Source: Chrysomallon squamiferum
Lineage: Eukaryota > Animalia > Mollusca
Length of the DNA stretch: 64,000 bases
Reading direction: 5' to 3'
NCBI GenBank assembly: GCA_012295275.1
Contig: CM022670.1
Coordinates: forward strand, 682,001 to 746,000
The notes beneath the pieces were generated by a model. It searched no databases, had not been told where the DNA came from, and was given only the letters and a program-made list of their open reading frames with translations. Made by a program: the position numbers and the translations under genes. Shown here one piece after another: positions 13,252 through 26,922 of the stretch. The stretch's first letter is position 1. Each line of letters opens with the position of its first letter.

Positions 13252-15945
13252 TTATAATATATATATATATATATATATACACACTACTTTTTTCTTACCA
13301 TTTTGAGTTGTACCAGTGAATTGCCTAGGACTGGAAGAGGGGCAGGGCCTTTGATACCCAGAGCTCGAAACGTTCCATGTGTCCATGACATATACCTATA
13401 ATAACAAAAATATAATAATGACAACAACAGCAACAACAACACTAATCGACAGCAGTTGTAGTAGTAGCAGAAGCAGTAGTAGTACAAATAATTATAAATA
13501 CTAAAAATAATAATCATGTATAAATGATAGATGGGTTGCATATAATATATCTGTTTATCACCTTTGATAATTGTTTAAAAATAAAACCCTCTGTTTGATG
13601 TTTAACAACAAAATCCATTGTTACTGATGTTATATTTTGTGAAATATTCATTCATGAATACTCTTACTTCTGTACGTTACACAGTCTACAATACATCCAT
13701 TCATTGAAGTCAGGCGTTTCTTCGTTTAGTCTTCAAGCAATTCATTCATTCATTCATTCATTCATTCATTCAGACTTCGTGTTTGTGCACGGCCTAATTT
13801 CATTCAGAGACACACTCGGGAGTTTAAATATCGAATAAAACGAACAAAGAAAATAAAAACGACAATGGCGTTTTCTTCACAAAAGTCGACAACTGCTTCC
13901 GAAATTTGCAATAACACAGGCACTGAAAATACATTCAGACTGAAAAAAAAAACCTAGTAGGACATTTCTGTGACCAGCCTGCGTTTTAAAGGCAAGCATT
14001 CCAGTTTTTTTATTGATAACGAGAGTGTTAATTTTTAGCAGAAAATAGCAGTTTTCGTATTTTGATATTGATAAAATATTTAGTTTTAAATCAAGGACAG
14101 TATGAACGTGAAATTATATTAACAGACAGCTATTTTATTTTCAACTGTGGTATCGACAGATGATTATGGGAAGCTGTAAAACATTTCTTCGCGTCAGAAA
14201 TACTTTTAATTTTCTAAGAATATTATCTACCGAGAAAGACTACAAGCGTCGTACATTGTGTTAGAAATGTTCGCGGTTTCAGTTTTCATACTGGTTTTGT
14301 GTTACACGAATTATTTTCTTACTAAACGCGAATGGCGTTGAAAAGGACTGAAATTCATTACACAAAAAAACGTGTCTCTTTTGTAGAACACTTCACCTTT
14401 ATCTTAACACCTTGAAGAAATTTGAAAAAAAAAAATTGCTCATAAAATAACACCATATAATCTTTATCTTCAAAATGTAACACGGTGCAGAAATCTTTAA
14501 AAGACAGTGACTCGTAAAGTCGTCTTCTATATTTAGCATCAAACAAAAAACGTGCTGAAATGTGCAAGTACACTGCACATAAAATAAAATAAAACCACGT
14601 TACTTTATCTTCAAAATGTAACTACTATACAGACATTTAAATGTATCTGCTCATATTTAACGTCAAACTTTAAAAAAGAAAAAAAAAGAAAAAAAAACCG
14701 TACAGAAACTTGCAGATGAAATGCACCTAAAATCGAATTGGAAGTCATCAACCTAGATGTACTTTTAACACGTAACAGAGGGGTATTATGTGAAGGCCGG
14801 TGACTGGGATGTTGAACAATGGCGAACTGCCTGATTGTGCGAGGTGTAAAGAAAACTGCTCGTATTGAAACCAAGTAACATGAGACGTGTGACTCGTTAT
14901 GCTAAAATTTAGTATCGACATCAGCTTTTTAGTCACTGAAGCGTGTGTTTAATCGTGGATGTACGTGTAAGTATGTGTGTATGTATGTTTTTGTGCTCGT
15001 GTAAATCTGAGAGTGTATATGTATGAGTACTTGTATGCTCTCATAAGTGTCTGTATGTGTGTGTGTAATATGTCCTTGTATGTGTATGTATGTGTGTTTG
15101 TGTTTTTACGTTTCTCCGTGTGTTTGATTTGTATGTTAAAAATGTTAGTATGTGCATGAGTCAATGAGCATGTGTGTGACCATAAAAATGTTGGAGAAAA
15201 ACAGTAATACAACACAAAAGAGTCCTGTTACGTATACGTTCAAAAAAAAAAAAAAAAGGAACAAAATGAGAGTTATGCGCCCCAGTAAACAGTTTTAATG
15301 AGGATAAACGTGTCACAGAGTCTGTGATCGATAACCGTGGAATGTTAAAAAAGATCAAATCAGCTGAAATTCCAAATCTAAAAACGTCACTTTGCATCCG
15401 CCCATTTTCGTTAGCCTTAGGCCACTGCAAATTAAATGACCGATTTTCATTTCCAATTTATTTTATATTTTACATCTTCTTACGTGACACTTCTTACGAC
15501 TAATATTTGCCATTATATATATGTGTGTGTGCGCACGCGCGCGCGCGTGTATGTATGTGTGTGTTTGTGTGCGTGCGCGCGCGCGTGTGTATGTGTGTGC
15601 TTTTGTGTTTATAAATATCTTAAGCGACTACATATTAATGGCTAGATTGTCACACATTTTTGTTATTATTATTCAAAATAGGCAAGATATAAAGATGATA
15701 ATGATAATGATAAAAAAGAATAAGAATACTGTTAAAATGATAATCGTAGATGAGGTATTTGTGATTGTCGTAATGATTGCAGTGATCATATTTATTACGT
15801 TTATTGTGATAATAATAATGACAATGAAAAGTAAAATTAACAGAAATGATCTGGAATCAGCGTGAGAAAGATGGGGCGGCAACCAAACCCTTCCACTACC
15901 CCTTAATTCTGTCATATAAAGTAACAACAACAACAACAACAATAA

Positions 15946-15976
<31 letters not shown>

Positions 15977-16502
15977 AACAGTGTTTAATCGATTCCTTGT
16001 ACTAGGAAAGGATGAAAATCTAAGAATTAATTTATAACGGCCTTAATTACGCCGTTGTTGTTTTGTTTTGTTTGTTTTGTTTGTTTTTGTGTGTGTTTTG
16101 TTTAAATGCTGCGTTGAATGATCCGTCACGCTGTCTCTAACCTACTTTAAGAAGCACACTGACGAAAGCTCAGCTAATATTATATTTACTGTTTTATTTA
16201 GGACACGCTGTTCTTTTCGATAAACAAGTCTTTAGGAAGATGAGCGCAATGCACTGCTGCGTTTACACAGAGACTTTGTTAAGAAGAACACGAAAAAGAA
16301 TAATATCATGATGGTGATTATCATTATAATATGATAATAATGATGATATTATTATTATTTTAGTAGTAGTAGTAGTTGTTGTTGTTGTAGTAGTAGTTGT
16401 ACTAGCAGCAGTAGCAAGGCAATATTTTGATAGTGATTATCATTATGATGTAATGATGATGACAATGATATTGATTATTATTATTATGATTATTATTATT
16501 AT

Positions 16503-16547
<45 letters not shown>

Positions 16548-17184
16548 CTGTAATAGGAGTACTAACAGCAGTAGCAGCAGGAGTGATGGTGGTGGTGGTA
16601 GTTGTAGTAGTAAGAGTATTATGAAAGTGATACTCGTAGTTTCAACTATGATTATTTTTTGATGATGATGATGATGATGTTGACAATGACGAGAAAAAAA
16701 CGATTATTGTCTGATGGTTATTGTGGTATTGGTGGGATAATCGTAGTGGTAGTAATGATGATGATGATGGTGATGATATCAATATCAGTATGATTAAGAC
16801 TGATGATAATGAAAATGAATAGTAAAGGTATTTAGAGACACGATATGTTGTCGATTCTTATAATCATGACGGCGTTAATGATGGTGATGATGATGATGAT
16901 ACGACTACAAAGACGCTCATATATAACTGACATAATGTGATGGACGGAATTTATTTTACCATTATTATTATTATCATTTTTTTTTTCTAATGAGCTACTT
17001 TTTTATTTTATCATTAACATACTAAGATCGAAAGCTGAGAATAGCAGCTAAATCAAACACATTTAGCTATTTTGGGTATGTACGTACTTACACTTCTTTG
17101 TTTAGAGGTAAGTGTATGATGCTATTGCTGCTTTATTTCCTTGTATTTTTTACTTAACTCTTTATTATTATTATTATAATTATA

Positions 17185-17238
<54 letters not shown>

Positions 17239-17850
17239 TTATGCATATATATAATCAAACGGATATCTCTGTAAGAGAGACAAAAAAAAGTATAATTTTA
17301 TTCATTTTCTTTTTCATTGTTTTTAGCTGTACATTCAAGATTCGATTTTTAACTGTTCTTTTAATTGAATTTCTTGTTTTGTTATTTATCTGTCAGTCGA
17401 GAAACTGTTAAAAATAAAACATCTCATCGCGGTTGTACGTGGAGACATTTGTAACAATGAAATTAAATTATGCGTCTTTACGAAACTTTCCGTTTAATTT
17501 CCATTTAAATAATAAGATTTTTAAAACCAACAATAAAAACAACGGATCTGCAAGGTGAAAATTAGGAAAAGCAATTTTTTAGTTTTAATGTTAGCATTCT
17601 AATATTTTATGCCAACGTTTCACATAAAAAAACATTTTATTATTTTTATTTTTTTGTTTCGCTATCGTAAATGAAACAATTGTGTGAAATAGGTGCAAAC
17701 ATTAAAACCAGTACAAAACTGTGGTAAATTCCACTCCTACTTCTGTTTTAAAATTTATGTAATTGCTTCTTTAATTTTCAGCTTATGGTAAATGTATGTA
17801 AATGTGTATACAGGTACTTGGGTGCATAATATATGTGTGCGTGCGTGCGA

Positions 17851-17888
<38 letters not shown>

Positions 17889-18392
17889 AGGATTTTGTTA
17901 AACAACATTATTTGTTATTTCTATTAATTTCAAATGATATCTTTAACATTAAAAAGAGACACAGGCAGGTAGACAGAGACAGATGGAAGAGAAAAACCCA
18001 GAGAAGAGCGATAAAAAATAAAAATAAAGCATACATACAGACTGACAGAGTGAAAGACAAAGAAAGTGATAAAGAAAGAAAGAGGGAAATATACATTTAT
18101 ACATATAACTGAGAGAGAGAAAAGATAGGTATAGATGAAGCGATAGAGAGAGATTCGCAAAGTCATTGTAAACAGTGTCACATAACAACATTTACTTGTC
18201 ACCTGAGTACTAGCCCACGTGCACCTGGACGACAAACACCTGTATAAAGAAAGCATCCAGGTAAAAACAATCAGACGATAATAACTAGATGTAGAGAAAA
18301 TAATCAAAATCAACTCACGTGACGTAGCTGAGAAAAAGAAGAACAAGAAGAAATGTCCATTCCGGAATCTCGAGAACACCAATGACGTTCAT
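6504..18392 (-). CDS. CYP3A: Cytochrome P450, clan 3 (CYP3A-like), complete 14-exon gene, 1578 nt CDS / 525 aa
   Basis: Exons joined with GT-AG ends and matching phases: 18319-18392, 13299-13395, 13080-13132, 12677-12773, 12163-12285, 11443-11531, 10801-10952, 10065-10189, 9411-9552, 8099-8256, 7612-7700, 7369-7506, 6746-6908, 6504-6581. Motifs: N-terminal membrane anchor, GPAPLP hinge, WRFIR (WxxxR), AGYDTS (I-helix), ETLR (ExxR), [15 protein letters not shown] (heme Cys). The symbol indicates similarity only; the exact subfamily needs a phylogeny. Confidence 0.95.
6746..6908 (-). CDS. CYP exon 13 (heme-binding [17 protein letters not shown])
   Basis: FxxGxRxCxG, 163 bp, AAG/GTAAAA. Confidence 0.97.
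7369..7506 (-). CDS. CYP exon 12 ([19 protein letters not shown]...[17 protein letters not shown])
   Basis: Meander/PERF region, CAG/GTAACT. Confidence 0.96.
7612..7700 (-). CDS. CYP exon 11 ([29 protein letters not shown])
   Basis: K-helix ETLR, TAG/GTAAAA. Confidence 0.95.
8099..8256 (-). CDS. CYP exon 10 (I-helix [24 protein letters not shown]...[11 protein letters not shown])
   Basis: AGYDT motif, CAG/GTAAGT. Confidence 0.96.
9411..9552 (-). CDS. CYP exon 9 ([17 protein letters not shown]...)
   Basis: R.DF.Q motif, CAG acceptor. The donor is either AAG|GTAGCG (exon end 9411) or a GC donor (exon end 9465), both phase 1. Confidence 0.8.
9854..9945. repeat. (TC)n microsatellite in CYP intron 8
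   Basis: Direct reading. Confidence 0.95.
10065..10189 (-). CDS. CYP exon 8 ([41 protein letters not shown])
   Basis: FPFL.P motif, TAG/GTAAGT, phases 1/0. Confidence 0.92.
10801..10952 (-). CDS. CYP exon 7 ([29 protein letters not shown]...)
   Basis: MD.I...AFG and DPF motifs, AAG/GTGAGT. Confidence 0.93.
11443..11531 (-). CDS. CYP exon 6 ([29 protein letters not shown])
   Basis: 89 bp, CAG/GTAAGT, phases 0/2. Confidence 0.9.
12163..12285 (-). CDS. CYP exon 5 (C-helix [15 protein letters not shown])
   Basis: CAG/GTTAGT, WxxxR and P.F...KLK. Confidence 0.94.
12677..12773 (-). CDS. CYP exon 4 ([32 protein letters not shown])
   Basis: CAG/GTGAGT, VKDF..F.NRR clan-3 signature. Confidence 0.94.
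13080..13132 (-). CDS. CYP exon 3 ([18 protein letters not shown])
   Basis: 53 bp, CAG/GTAAGT, KKYG motif. Confidence 0.92.
13299..13395 (-). CDS. CYP exon 2 ([32 protein letters not shown])
   Basis: TAG acceptor, GTAAGA donor, proline hinge similar to CYP3A4 exon 2. Confidence 0.93.
18319..18392 (-). CDS. CYP exon 1 (signal anchor [24 protein letters not shown])
   Basis: ATG, hydrophobic helix, phase-2 donor AC|GTGAGT matching the phase of exon 2. Confidence 0.85.
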
Positions 18393-18480
18393 CTCGAGCG
18401 TCTTGTGTGACAGCGTCTTCTTCTTTTTATTTCTTCACTCATTCACAACTCTCCCAGCCAGCTGTCAGCAAACAACAGCG

Positions 18481-18503
18481 AGAGAGAGAGAGAGAGAAAC
18501 AAA

Positions 18504-18561
<58 letters not shown>

Positions 18562-18586
18562 AACAGAGATAGTTACAACGATAAAC

Positions 18587-18617
<31 letters not shown>
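18481..18617. repeat. (AG)n and poly(A) tracts just upstream of the CYP ATG
   Basis: Direct reading. Confidence 0.9.
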
Positions 18618-18619
<2 letters not shown>

Positions 18620-19058
18620 ATGTTTATCAACTCCTGCTTGTTAGCACAGATTAACACATTTGTGGTTGTGTTCAAGTGAAGCGTGTTTCTTCACAGCAGA
18701 TCCTCACGGCAATGAGCTTCATTGAACACTCGGTGTGTGTAATTCTAACCGGGCCACACAACAATAAATACGTCCTCGCAGAACGACTCTAACGATTGTA
18801 GAGTGGAGAGCAGGAGAGCACTCGATGCCCTGCTCGCGTTCACCGGGTTCACAAAGCCTATAGCCAGGTGTAAACACGGATTGGCCGCGTTACAGTCAGT
18901 CGACCTTCACCTTGCCCAGCCGCTGCATTAAAGAGATTAAATACATACAAGCCGACTCTGCAAACAGCTTCTTCTTCCATCAAACAACGAGAAATCAGAC
19001 AGTAATGAAATGTCCTCGTTAGTGTTATGCATAAGTATCGTACATAATTATGTAAGCT

Positions 19059-19059
19059 A

Positions 19060-19090
<31 letters not shown>

Positions 19091-19520
19091 TGCACGTATA
19101 GCGTATACACATAAACACACACATACATATGCATACTCGCACAACGTATATACATAAACACACACACACACATACATACGTACATACACACACATACATA
19201 CATACATACATACACAGACACAAACGAATTTATACGTACATACATACATTTATGTATATATGTATATATCTTTGTGCATATGCATATGTCACTATGTATT
19301 TTAATCTGTACATACGTATGTATGCACAGGTGTGTGAGTGTATGTGTGTGTAGATGTATGTATGTACGTACGTACAAATGTATATATGTGTGGGTATGTG
19401 GGTATATGTATGTATCTAAGTGCACTTGTTTGTACATTTAACTGATTAAATATTTAGATATGATTGCTATTATTATTATTATTATTATTATTGTTATTAT
19501 TATTACTATTATTGTTGTTG

Positions 19521-19552
<32 letters not shown>

Positions 19553-19610
19553 GTTGTTGTTGTTGTTGTTGTTATTATTATTATTATTATTATTATTGTC
19601 ATTATTATTA
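19059..19610. repeat. Compound CA/TACA, TG/TATG and (TTA/TTG)n low-complexity block
   Basis: Direct reading; source of many spurious ORFs. Confidence 0.9.
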
Positions 19611-20237
19611 CATTCGAAGGAAAGAGTACTTCGTACACGGATTACAATAATGAAACAAATTGCTTTCTTTACTTTGAAATATAATAAAATGTTGTCGAAA
19701 CGCATGCACTTGGCTCAACCTTTCAAAGATTTGTTGTTGGGTTTTTTTCACTCCGTAATTATTTTTATAATTATAGCATACGTATAATATTTATTTATTA
19801 AACTTCATGGGATTTTTAAAACTTGTTTTACCTTTTTTGTCGAGATACACAGTCTATATAACCTTTTAGTGTGGCATTTTTCTCTGATTTGTGGCCCCTG
19901 ACTCGAATAGCTGAGGTAAAAATATATTCACAGAGGTGGCTTGGTGTATGTACATATACTCACTCTGGAAGCATTTCTTTAGAACCTTCACTTGGTACGT
20001 TGTACCTGGTAATTCGTAACTCAGAGTGCTAGGCATAATGTATGAAAGAAATCAAAGACTGATTATTCTTTTTGAAAACGGAAGACTTCAATGTCAGATA
20101 CACGAGTGCTTGCATTATACACTGGGATACAGCGAAAAGTGTGTGTGTGTGTGTGTGTGTGCGTGTGCGTGCGTGCGTGCGTGTGTGCGTGTGTGTGTGT
20201 GGTGAGATTTTTAGAAGAATATTATTATGTTTTATAT

Positions 20238-20294
<57 letters not shown>

Positions 20295-20459
20295 TCACTT
20301 TCAGTTTTAAAACCAGTTTAGCAGCTTTAAAGCAATGATAATCGTAAATTGTTAATGCAGTCAGAATATATTTATCTCATCATTATTATTATTTATTATT
20401 ATCATCATTATTTTCATCATCATCACCAATTATCATCATCATCATCATCATCATTATTA

Positions 20460-20515
<56 letters not shown>

Positions 20516-21808
20516 CACAGTTTCTGATACCATTAAAAAGACTGCTACTACACTGAATATCTCTAACTGAAGATGTTTGAATTTCCATCAAACTGTTAAA
20601 TCCACACACCGTTTAAAAACACAAATAAAAAAACAAGAGAGAGAGAGAGAATGGTTCTAACTTACTAAAACTATTGTGATTTTGTTTCGGGCGCATTACA
20701 CACGAGTGCAGGTAAGAACCTATTTAAAATGTAATTTATTTTAACACGTTAACATCTCCTACTACGACGACATCTGCCCACACCGTGACGACAATCACAG
20801 TATTTGTCACCGCCTTGCTGCAGTCTCGCCACACAGTTGTAGTAGTAAAATTATACATCTCATTACCTACAAGTGCGTTAAATACAACAGTCATTATCTG
20901 CACTGATTTCATTGAAATCTGAACGTAGGTGTTTAAAAACTGTAGATACCAGCGTCATATTCACGTTGCATTGATTACAATAAAAATACTGTGCACACAC
21001 ACACACACACACACAGACAGACACAAGCAAACACACAAGCTAACATGGAGACAGACATTTTATTTATATTGTTTTCAATTTCTAACAGTGGTTATATGTT
21101 TACTTATATTTTTGTTAGGAGACCTCGGTATGTATACATATATGTATACTTATGTATGTATTTATGTATGTATGTATATATGTATGTATATATGTATGTA
21201 TGTATGTATGAAGGTATGTATGTATGTGTGTGTGTATGTATGTATGAATGTATCACGAAATTTCATTTTTACTTTATTTCTTGTTTTTGCAATTCTATGT
21301 TGTCATTTTGTGTATGTTTATTATTTTACTAAATTTTTATTTTCAACAAGCCTGGTCAAACTCGTCGAGTGGAAGTAATTTGTGTAATTGTTTAATTTCA
21401 CTGGAAAATAGACCGTGAGATTCATCTCTTTAACAACCATTCAACAGCTGCTGACAGACACAGATAAACGAACACATCACATCTGAAAACTGTGTTTTGT
21501 TACAGCTCTGATCACTTGTGAGAAAATTAAACATTCTCTTTTCTCTTTAATAACGTTAACAGTTTTGCTTATGAAATAACTTCTCCATTTAAAGATCAAA
21601 ACATGCATGAATGCATACAAACGTACATATATAAATTCATATATACGTACATAATAACATGCATTTATGCATACATATATACATGCATACATGCCCGACT
21701 ATACACATACATACATGCATGTATTCGTACTTATATGCAGTGATATACCTACATACAAACACACATATATATACATAAATAATACATAAATACATAGTTA
21801 CATTCCTG

Positions 21809-21866
<58 letters not shown>

Positions 21867-23054
21867 CGTACGTACATTCATTTTAATATTAAAAGCTAAC
21901 ATACATACTCATACATTTCTTACATAATGAAAATATCAGAAAATAAAAACCGCTGTCACTGTTTCATGGGCATCTCTTCAGTTAGCAATAAAGTAGATTT
22001 AAATGCACCTTCCTGTAAACACTAAAACATATACGATGACTTTTTATGACGTAACTGTGAGATCACTGTCTGGAATGAGAAGCCAAAGATTGAGCTTCCG
22101 ATCTGTAATGTGTTTCAGAACTGAATACTAAACAATGAGTACATTCCAGGAATTAAGAATATAAAAATTTATATTAACTGCGATTTATAGTATCGTTATT
22201 ACATCTCTGCCAGATATGCGACCTTTTGCATTTATTTGTTAAGTAATAATATAAAATTTGAACTATTTATAATTTTAAACTGGTTTTCAGGTACTGATTT
22301 TTAACTGTTCAGGAAAATCTTAAAAGTGTAATTGCAATATGTAAGAACATTTGGTATATTATACATTCTACTGTTTCTTTTTTTTTTTTTTCTATTCTAT
22401 TCGTGGCAAGCAACCTTTTCTAATAATAAAATATACAATTTGAAGATTTCTTTTATCTGCTTGTCACGTCACATCACAGATGCACTTTCATTCTGGCAAA
22501 CCAGCGGGTTGTATCAGATACGACTGCGAAATCTTTTAATTAGTGCGAGATGAAATACACAATATTCTATTAAATCTTCTATTATATATATATATATATA
22601 TATATATTACTTAAAAAAAAATTAAATAATAATAAAATTATTATTAATAATCACGAGTTATAATTATTAATTTGGGAAAGGGCGTGTTCGATTCGCGAAT
22701 AGGAGCAGATGTTTTATTTCTGTAACGGTGGTTAAATATGATATGTGCGAAAACGCTTAGAAAAAGATAAATTTGTTTTTATAGAAGATATTATAATTTC
22801 GGTTAAATGCAATCTCTACAAAAATTCTTATGGAATTTGAAATTTGTTTTTAGAACAGATATATTATATGCTTATCTCGACCCAGTTATGATTAAATCTT
22901 CACAAAATTCTTTGAGAAATGTGAAATTTGTTTTTGTAACTGTTGTATGTAGATAAACATATCAGTTTGTATCCTGGGAAATCAAATAAGGAAAACTCGT
23001 GACCACAGTTGTTTTGTCAGCATCCAAAGAGTCGTGTTTTTCTTAGTAACTTAA

Positions 23055-23213
23055 GTAATTGTGTAAACTGCACTTTAGTGAAATGTTACGCTGCAATAAC
23101 AGTAAAAGTAATTGTGCAAACCGTATTTTGTCGAAATGTTACGCTGCAATAATAGTAAAAGTAATTGTGTAAACCGTATTTTATTGTAATGTTACGCTGC
23201 AATAATAGTGATA
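23055..23213. repeat. 53-bp tandem repeat, 3 copies
   Basis: GTAATTGTG..AAATGTTACGCTGCAATAA.AGT units start at 23055, 23108 and 23161. Confidence 0.9.
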
Positions 23214-24109
23214 ATTGACTTTAAGGCCAGACTTCGCGAGAACACTGCGAGTATTCACGAGACTGCGAGCACCGACTGCACCGACGCGGGTCAGTCGGTG
23301 CGACGACTCTAACAATTAGACAGACAGACAAAAATCACCTCCACCTCGCTGAAAAGAAAGAACTGAAAATAGCTGCCAGTTCGCTTTCATGATTCGAGTA
23401 ATACCCTCAACCTGTTATTCGCATTTCAAAGATAGAAAAGCCATAAAAAAAAAAAATTAACAGAAACTCTTGCATTTCGTTACATCCGGGACGAATAGGT
23501 GCAAACGTTAAGTAAAAGAAAAGTCGTGATCGGACCATTAAAGACATGACTGTGGTGACCGTTGTCCGCAACTGCTGTTAGAGAAATAGGCTGATGAAGG
23601 ATAGGAGGGCTTTCGAAAGAGAAAATGACTTGTCTGTTAAAAGTACGTAAACAAAAAGGGAGACGTGCTTGGGCTGAACTCTTCGTTTTTACAGTAATCT
23701 GAAGGCAACCGGTACACAACATTTGGAATGTTGTCAAAAGCTGATTTTTTGATTTGTGATAATGCACGATGGTTGCGGTTATTGCGGTTAGCTCGGTGTG
23801 TGCCAAGTTTTATTATGGCAGACCGAAAGGGATTTATGGTTCCCTTGCCACTAACCGACATCTTAAACATCTTAAAACTATTTAGTTTCGATAGCGGTGC
23901 GCTTGGTGCAGTAGGATTTTTATCAAAATGTTAGGTTTTCCTTCAAGTGCTTTAATTCTGACACGAGCACCTGTTGGCACCAGGCTGTCGAGTGATGGTC
24001 ACCACACAGGGAGTTGTAGAAGACATCTCACAAATGTTATTTCATCACAAGTCATTAAAATAAAAGATCAGATGCATGTGTATAAATAATACCTATTACT
24101 TAACCACCA

Positions 24110-24290
24110 AGCTTAACCGGCTTAGGAGGGCAATGCGTCAAGTCATCGATCTGGAAGGCTTTGGGTGCAGATATCACAGTCTGACTCGGTGTCCTAGCGC
24201 GATTCTCTCTAACAGTCTAACAAAATAACCAGTACTGTGTAAGAATGGACTGATGGTTCGTAGGATCAATTCTGCACAAACACTAACCCC
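24110..24290 (+). mobile_element. Possible highly decayed tRNA-SINE head fragments
   Basis: ACCGGCTTAGG..AAGTCATCGATCT..AAGGCT and GGTTCGTAGGATCAAT loosely resemble A/B-box SINE heads. Confidence 0.25.
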
Positions 24291-26397
24291 TGACTTGATA
24301 CCAGATCTCATATTTTCTATTTTGTATCTATACGATTTTTTTTGCTGCTAATAAGAGTTTATTCTGAAGAATATAAGTGAGAAATGAAAAAAAATGTCTG
24401 CCATTCAAAATTTAATTACAAAAAAGATTCAACTAATCAATGAACTGAGGTGTATCGTTAATTTTATGTTCAAATGACGCAGCCTTTAGATTGCGACTAT
24501 TGTAAAATGCGCTTGGAATGCTAGTTTTAAAATTAAACTGTTTTTAGAGAGGAAATATGTAAATCATTTAGCAGAAACTATTTATGAACATGATAACAGT
24601 GTATGTTTCAGCCATACGACACTGACTTCAAAATCTAAATGTAAAAGAAATGTGCTGCCTTTGCAAAAGGCGAGTGTGTTTCTTCTTTTATGCAGTTTTT
24701 AAAAGAAAGTCATGCTTGATACTTAATGATCATTACTGTCTAGATTTATTTAGGTTTGTTAAACAAATACACTGTTCGATTATTTTATATATTTTATATT
24801 TAAGAAAGGATTTTTACTTATTATTATTATTATTATTTTTAAATTGTCTCAATAATTTTAATTTGCCTGTCTCATTATATTTTTATGAAGGCTATATAGG
24901 TCATCCTTATTTAGAGATAGACATTTTATATATCTCAAAAATAATAATAATACCACAACAACAACAACAACAACAACAACAATAATAATAATAATAATAA
25001 TAATAAGAGGAAGAAGAAGGAAGAAAAAATATAGCAGTCACCCATATTTTTTTAGATCACTGGAGATGATGGACTAAAACATTAATTTTTGTAAAATCGC
25101 GTAATGTCAACAGATGATGGCTTTTTGTTATTATTGTATGAAAAATAAACTTATTTCTATTTCATGTAACTTGTATATATTCAAAATAAATTAAAACAAA
25201 AGGAAAAAGCGCCTCTCGAATCCTGTGTTGTTTGTCCAAGTCTGTGTTAATGTATTATTTGTGTAAGATAAGAAATGTAATGGTCTTACATTCTTACATG
25301 AGCAGACACTAAGAAACGATCGCAGCACCTACCGATGTTTACAGTGTGTTCAACCATTGCGACACCGAGGCAGGTTATTGTCAAGTAGGGGTGTGTGCAT
25401 ATCGACTTTTCATCTATCTACATTATTACAAACATTAGTAAATCTATTATTACTTAGTTACGCATTATGATGTATTCTCGTATCTAAACAACACATACAC
25501 AATGCTTACTTTCATCCAGTTATGTATTATTGCAAAACCTTTAATTTACAGGTGCTAACTGTCTGTGTTCAAACAGTTTTTTGTCTGTTCACATAAACAA
25601 AGAAAAAAAATAATAAAAAAAAGAAAGAAAGAAAAAAAGAACAACAAAAATATCTGAAAATATCTTAGAAAAAACCATATACATGTCCCCCACATATTTT
25701 TTGCTTGGTACCTGCGATTTGCCTATTTCTTATTAAAATATACTGCAATGTACCTAATAACTGCCCACTACCAGGCAGTAAATAACTCTTTTTTTCTTTC
25801 TTTTGGTCTGATATTGTTGTTCGTTTTGTTCTGTGTTCAAGACTTAATCTAAGTCGTACTTAAATTTGATAATAAAAACTCGATTCCCACTAACCAGGAT
25901 ATATAAACAGTAATATAATTTTAATTAATAACAGTGATTATCAGCTATCGATATTATATATATATATATATTGTTGTTACAATATTATTCTTACAATAAT
26001 ATCTCTTCAAAAAATGAAATTACTTTATTAAATCGAAATATCTGGAGGTGTAATTAATTTTAATAAAAATCAAGAAACTTTTTTTTCTTCTTCTTCTTCT
26101 TTTAAAAATTAATATAGGGGTGCCCATCTTTTTCATCTTGCAAGCTACTTTTAAAACGATCGGGTCAAAATGATCTACCTGTATTAAAAAATGCTAAATA
26201 TATTCATTTGTTTATGTTCTGAGTATAGTTTATATATACAATATATGTTGGCGCACCTTGCATCACTGCATGAACCCTCACGGTACAATACAACTGAATA
26301 CATTTGTGGTCACTACCTTAGTCTGATGACTTGCACTGAATGGCGCGCGATTTACCCGCGATCGAAGTATTGGGCTCCCCTCAATTAATACTATTAA

Positions 26398-26475
26398 TGA
26401 CGGTATCGGAAGGATAAACACATAAATAACAAGACGAAATTACGGTGACGGTATCGGTAGGATAAACACATAAAA
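26398..26475. repeat. Direct repeat of about 29 bp, 2 copies
   Basis: TGACGGTATCGG(A/T)AGGATAAACACATAAA occurs twice. Confidence 0.85.
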
Positions 26476-26883
26476 CTTAGTTGTTAAATGAGCCCACCGA
26501 ACGACACGAGATTAAAAGAATTTCAAAAATATTAAATCAGTGCAGGAAGCATAACTTGTGGCTGACTGATTGGTCGCTGGTCAGAATGAAATACAATACT
26601 CGGTGCTCGGGGTCGTTCCGTTCTACCACATTAATATAAGCAGACGATGTACTGAAACGGCGGCAAGCTCGTGCGCAACTCATCAACACTGCGGAGTGAT
26701 GAATTCTTATAAAATTGTGGTCGGTGCTTTTACCGGTCAAGCATGATCATCAGTTTATACATTTGATGTGTTGACGTCTGCGAGTTCTTTGAATTAACAT
26801 TTATTTATTTATTTATTATACCTTATTATTGTTTTGTTTGTTTTTTCGCTTCGAGATGAAAATGTTTTCATAGTTTTCTAATT

Positions 26884-26922
<39 letters not shown>

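Noticed and set aside
18855-18885. CYP core promoter (CCAAT plus GCTATAGG)
   Set aside because: The TATA match is weak and there is no properly spaced Inr, so the TSS cannot be placed.
23480-23934. Three overlapping ORFs in complex sequence
   Set aside because: No recognisable domain and no convincing splice sites; possibly a decayed TE.
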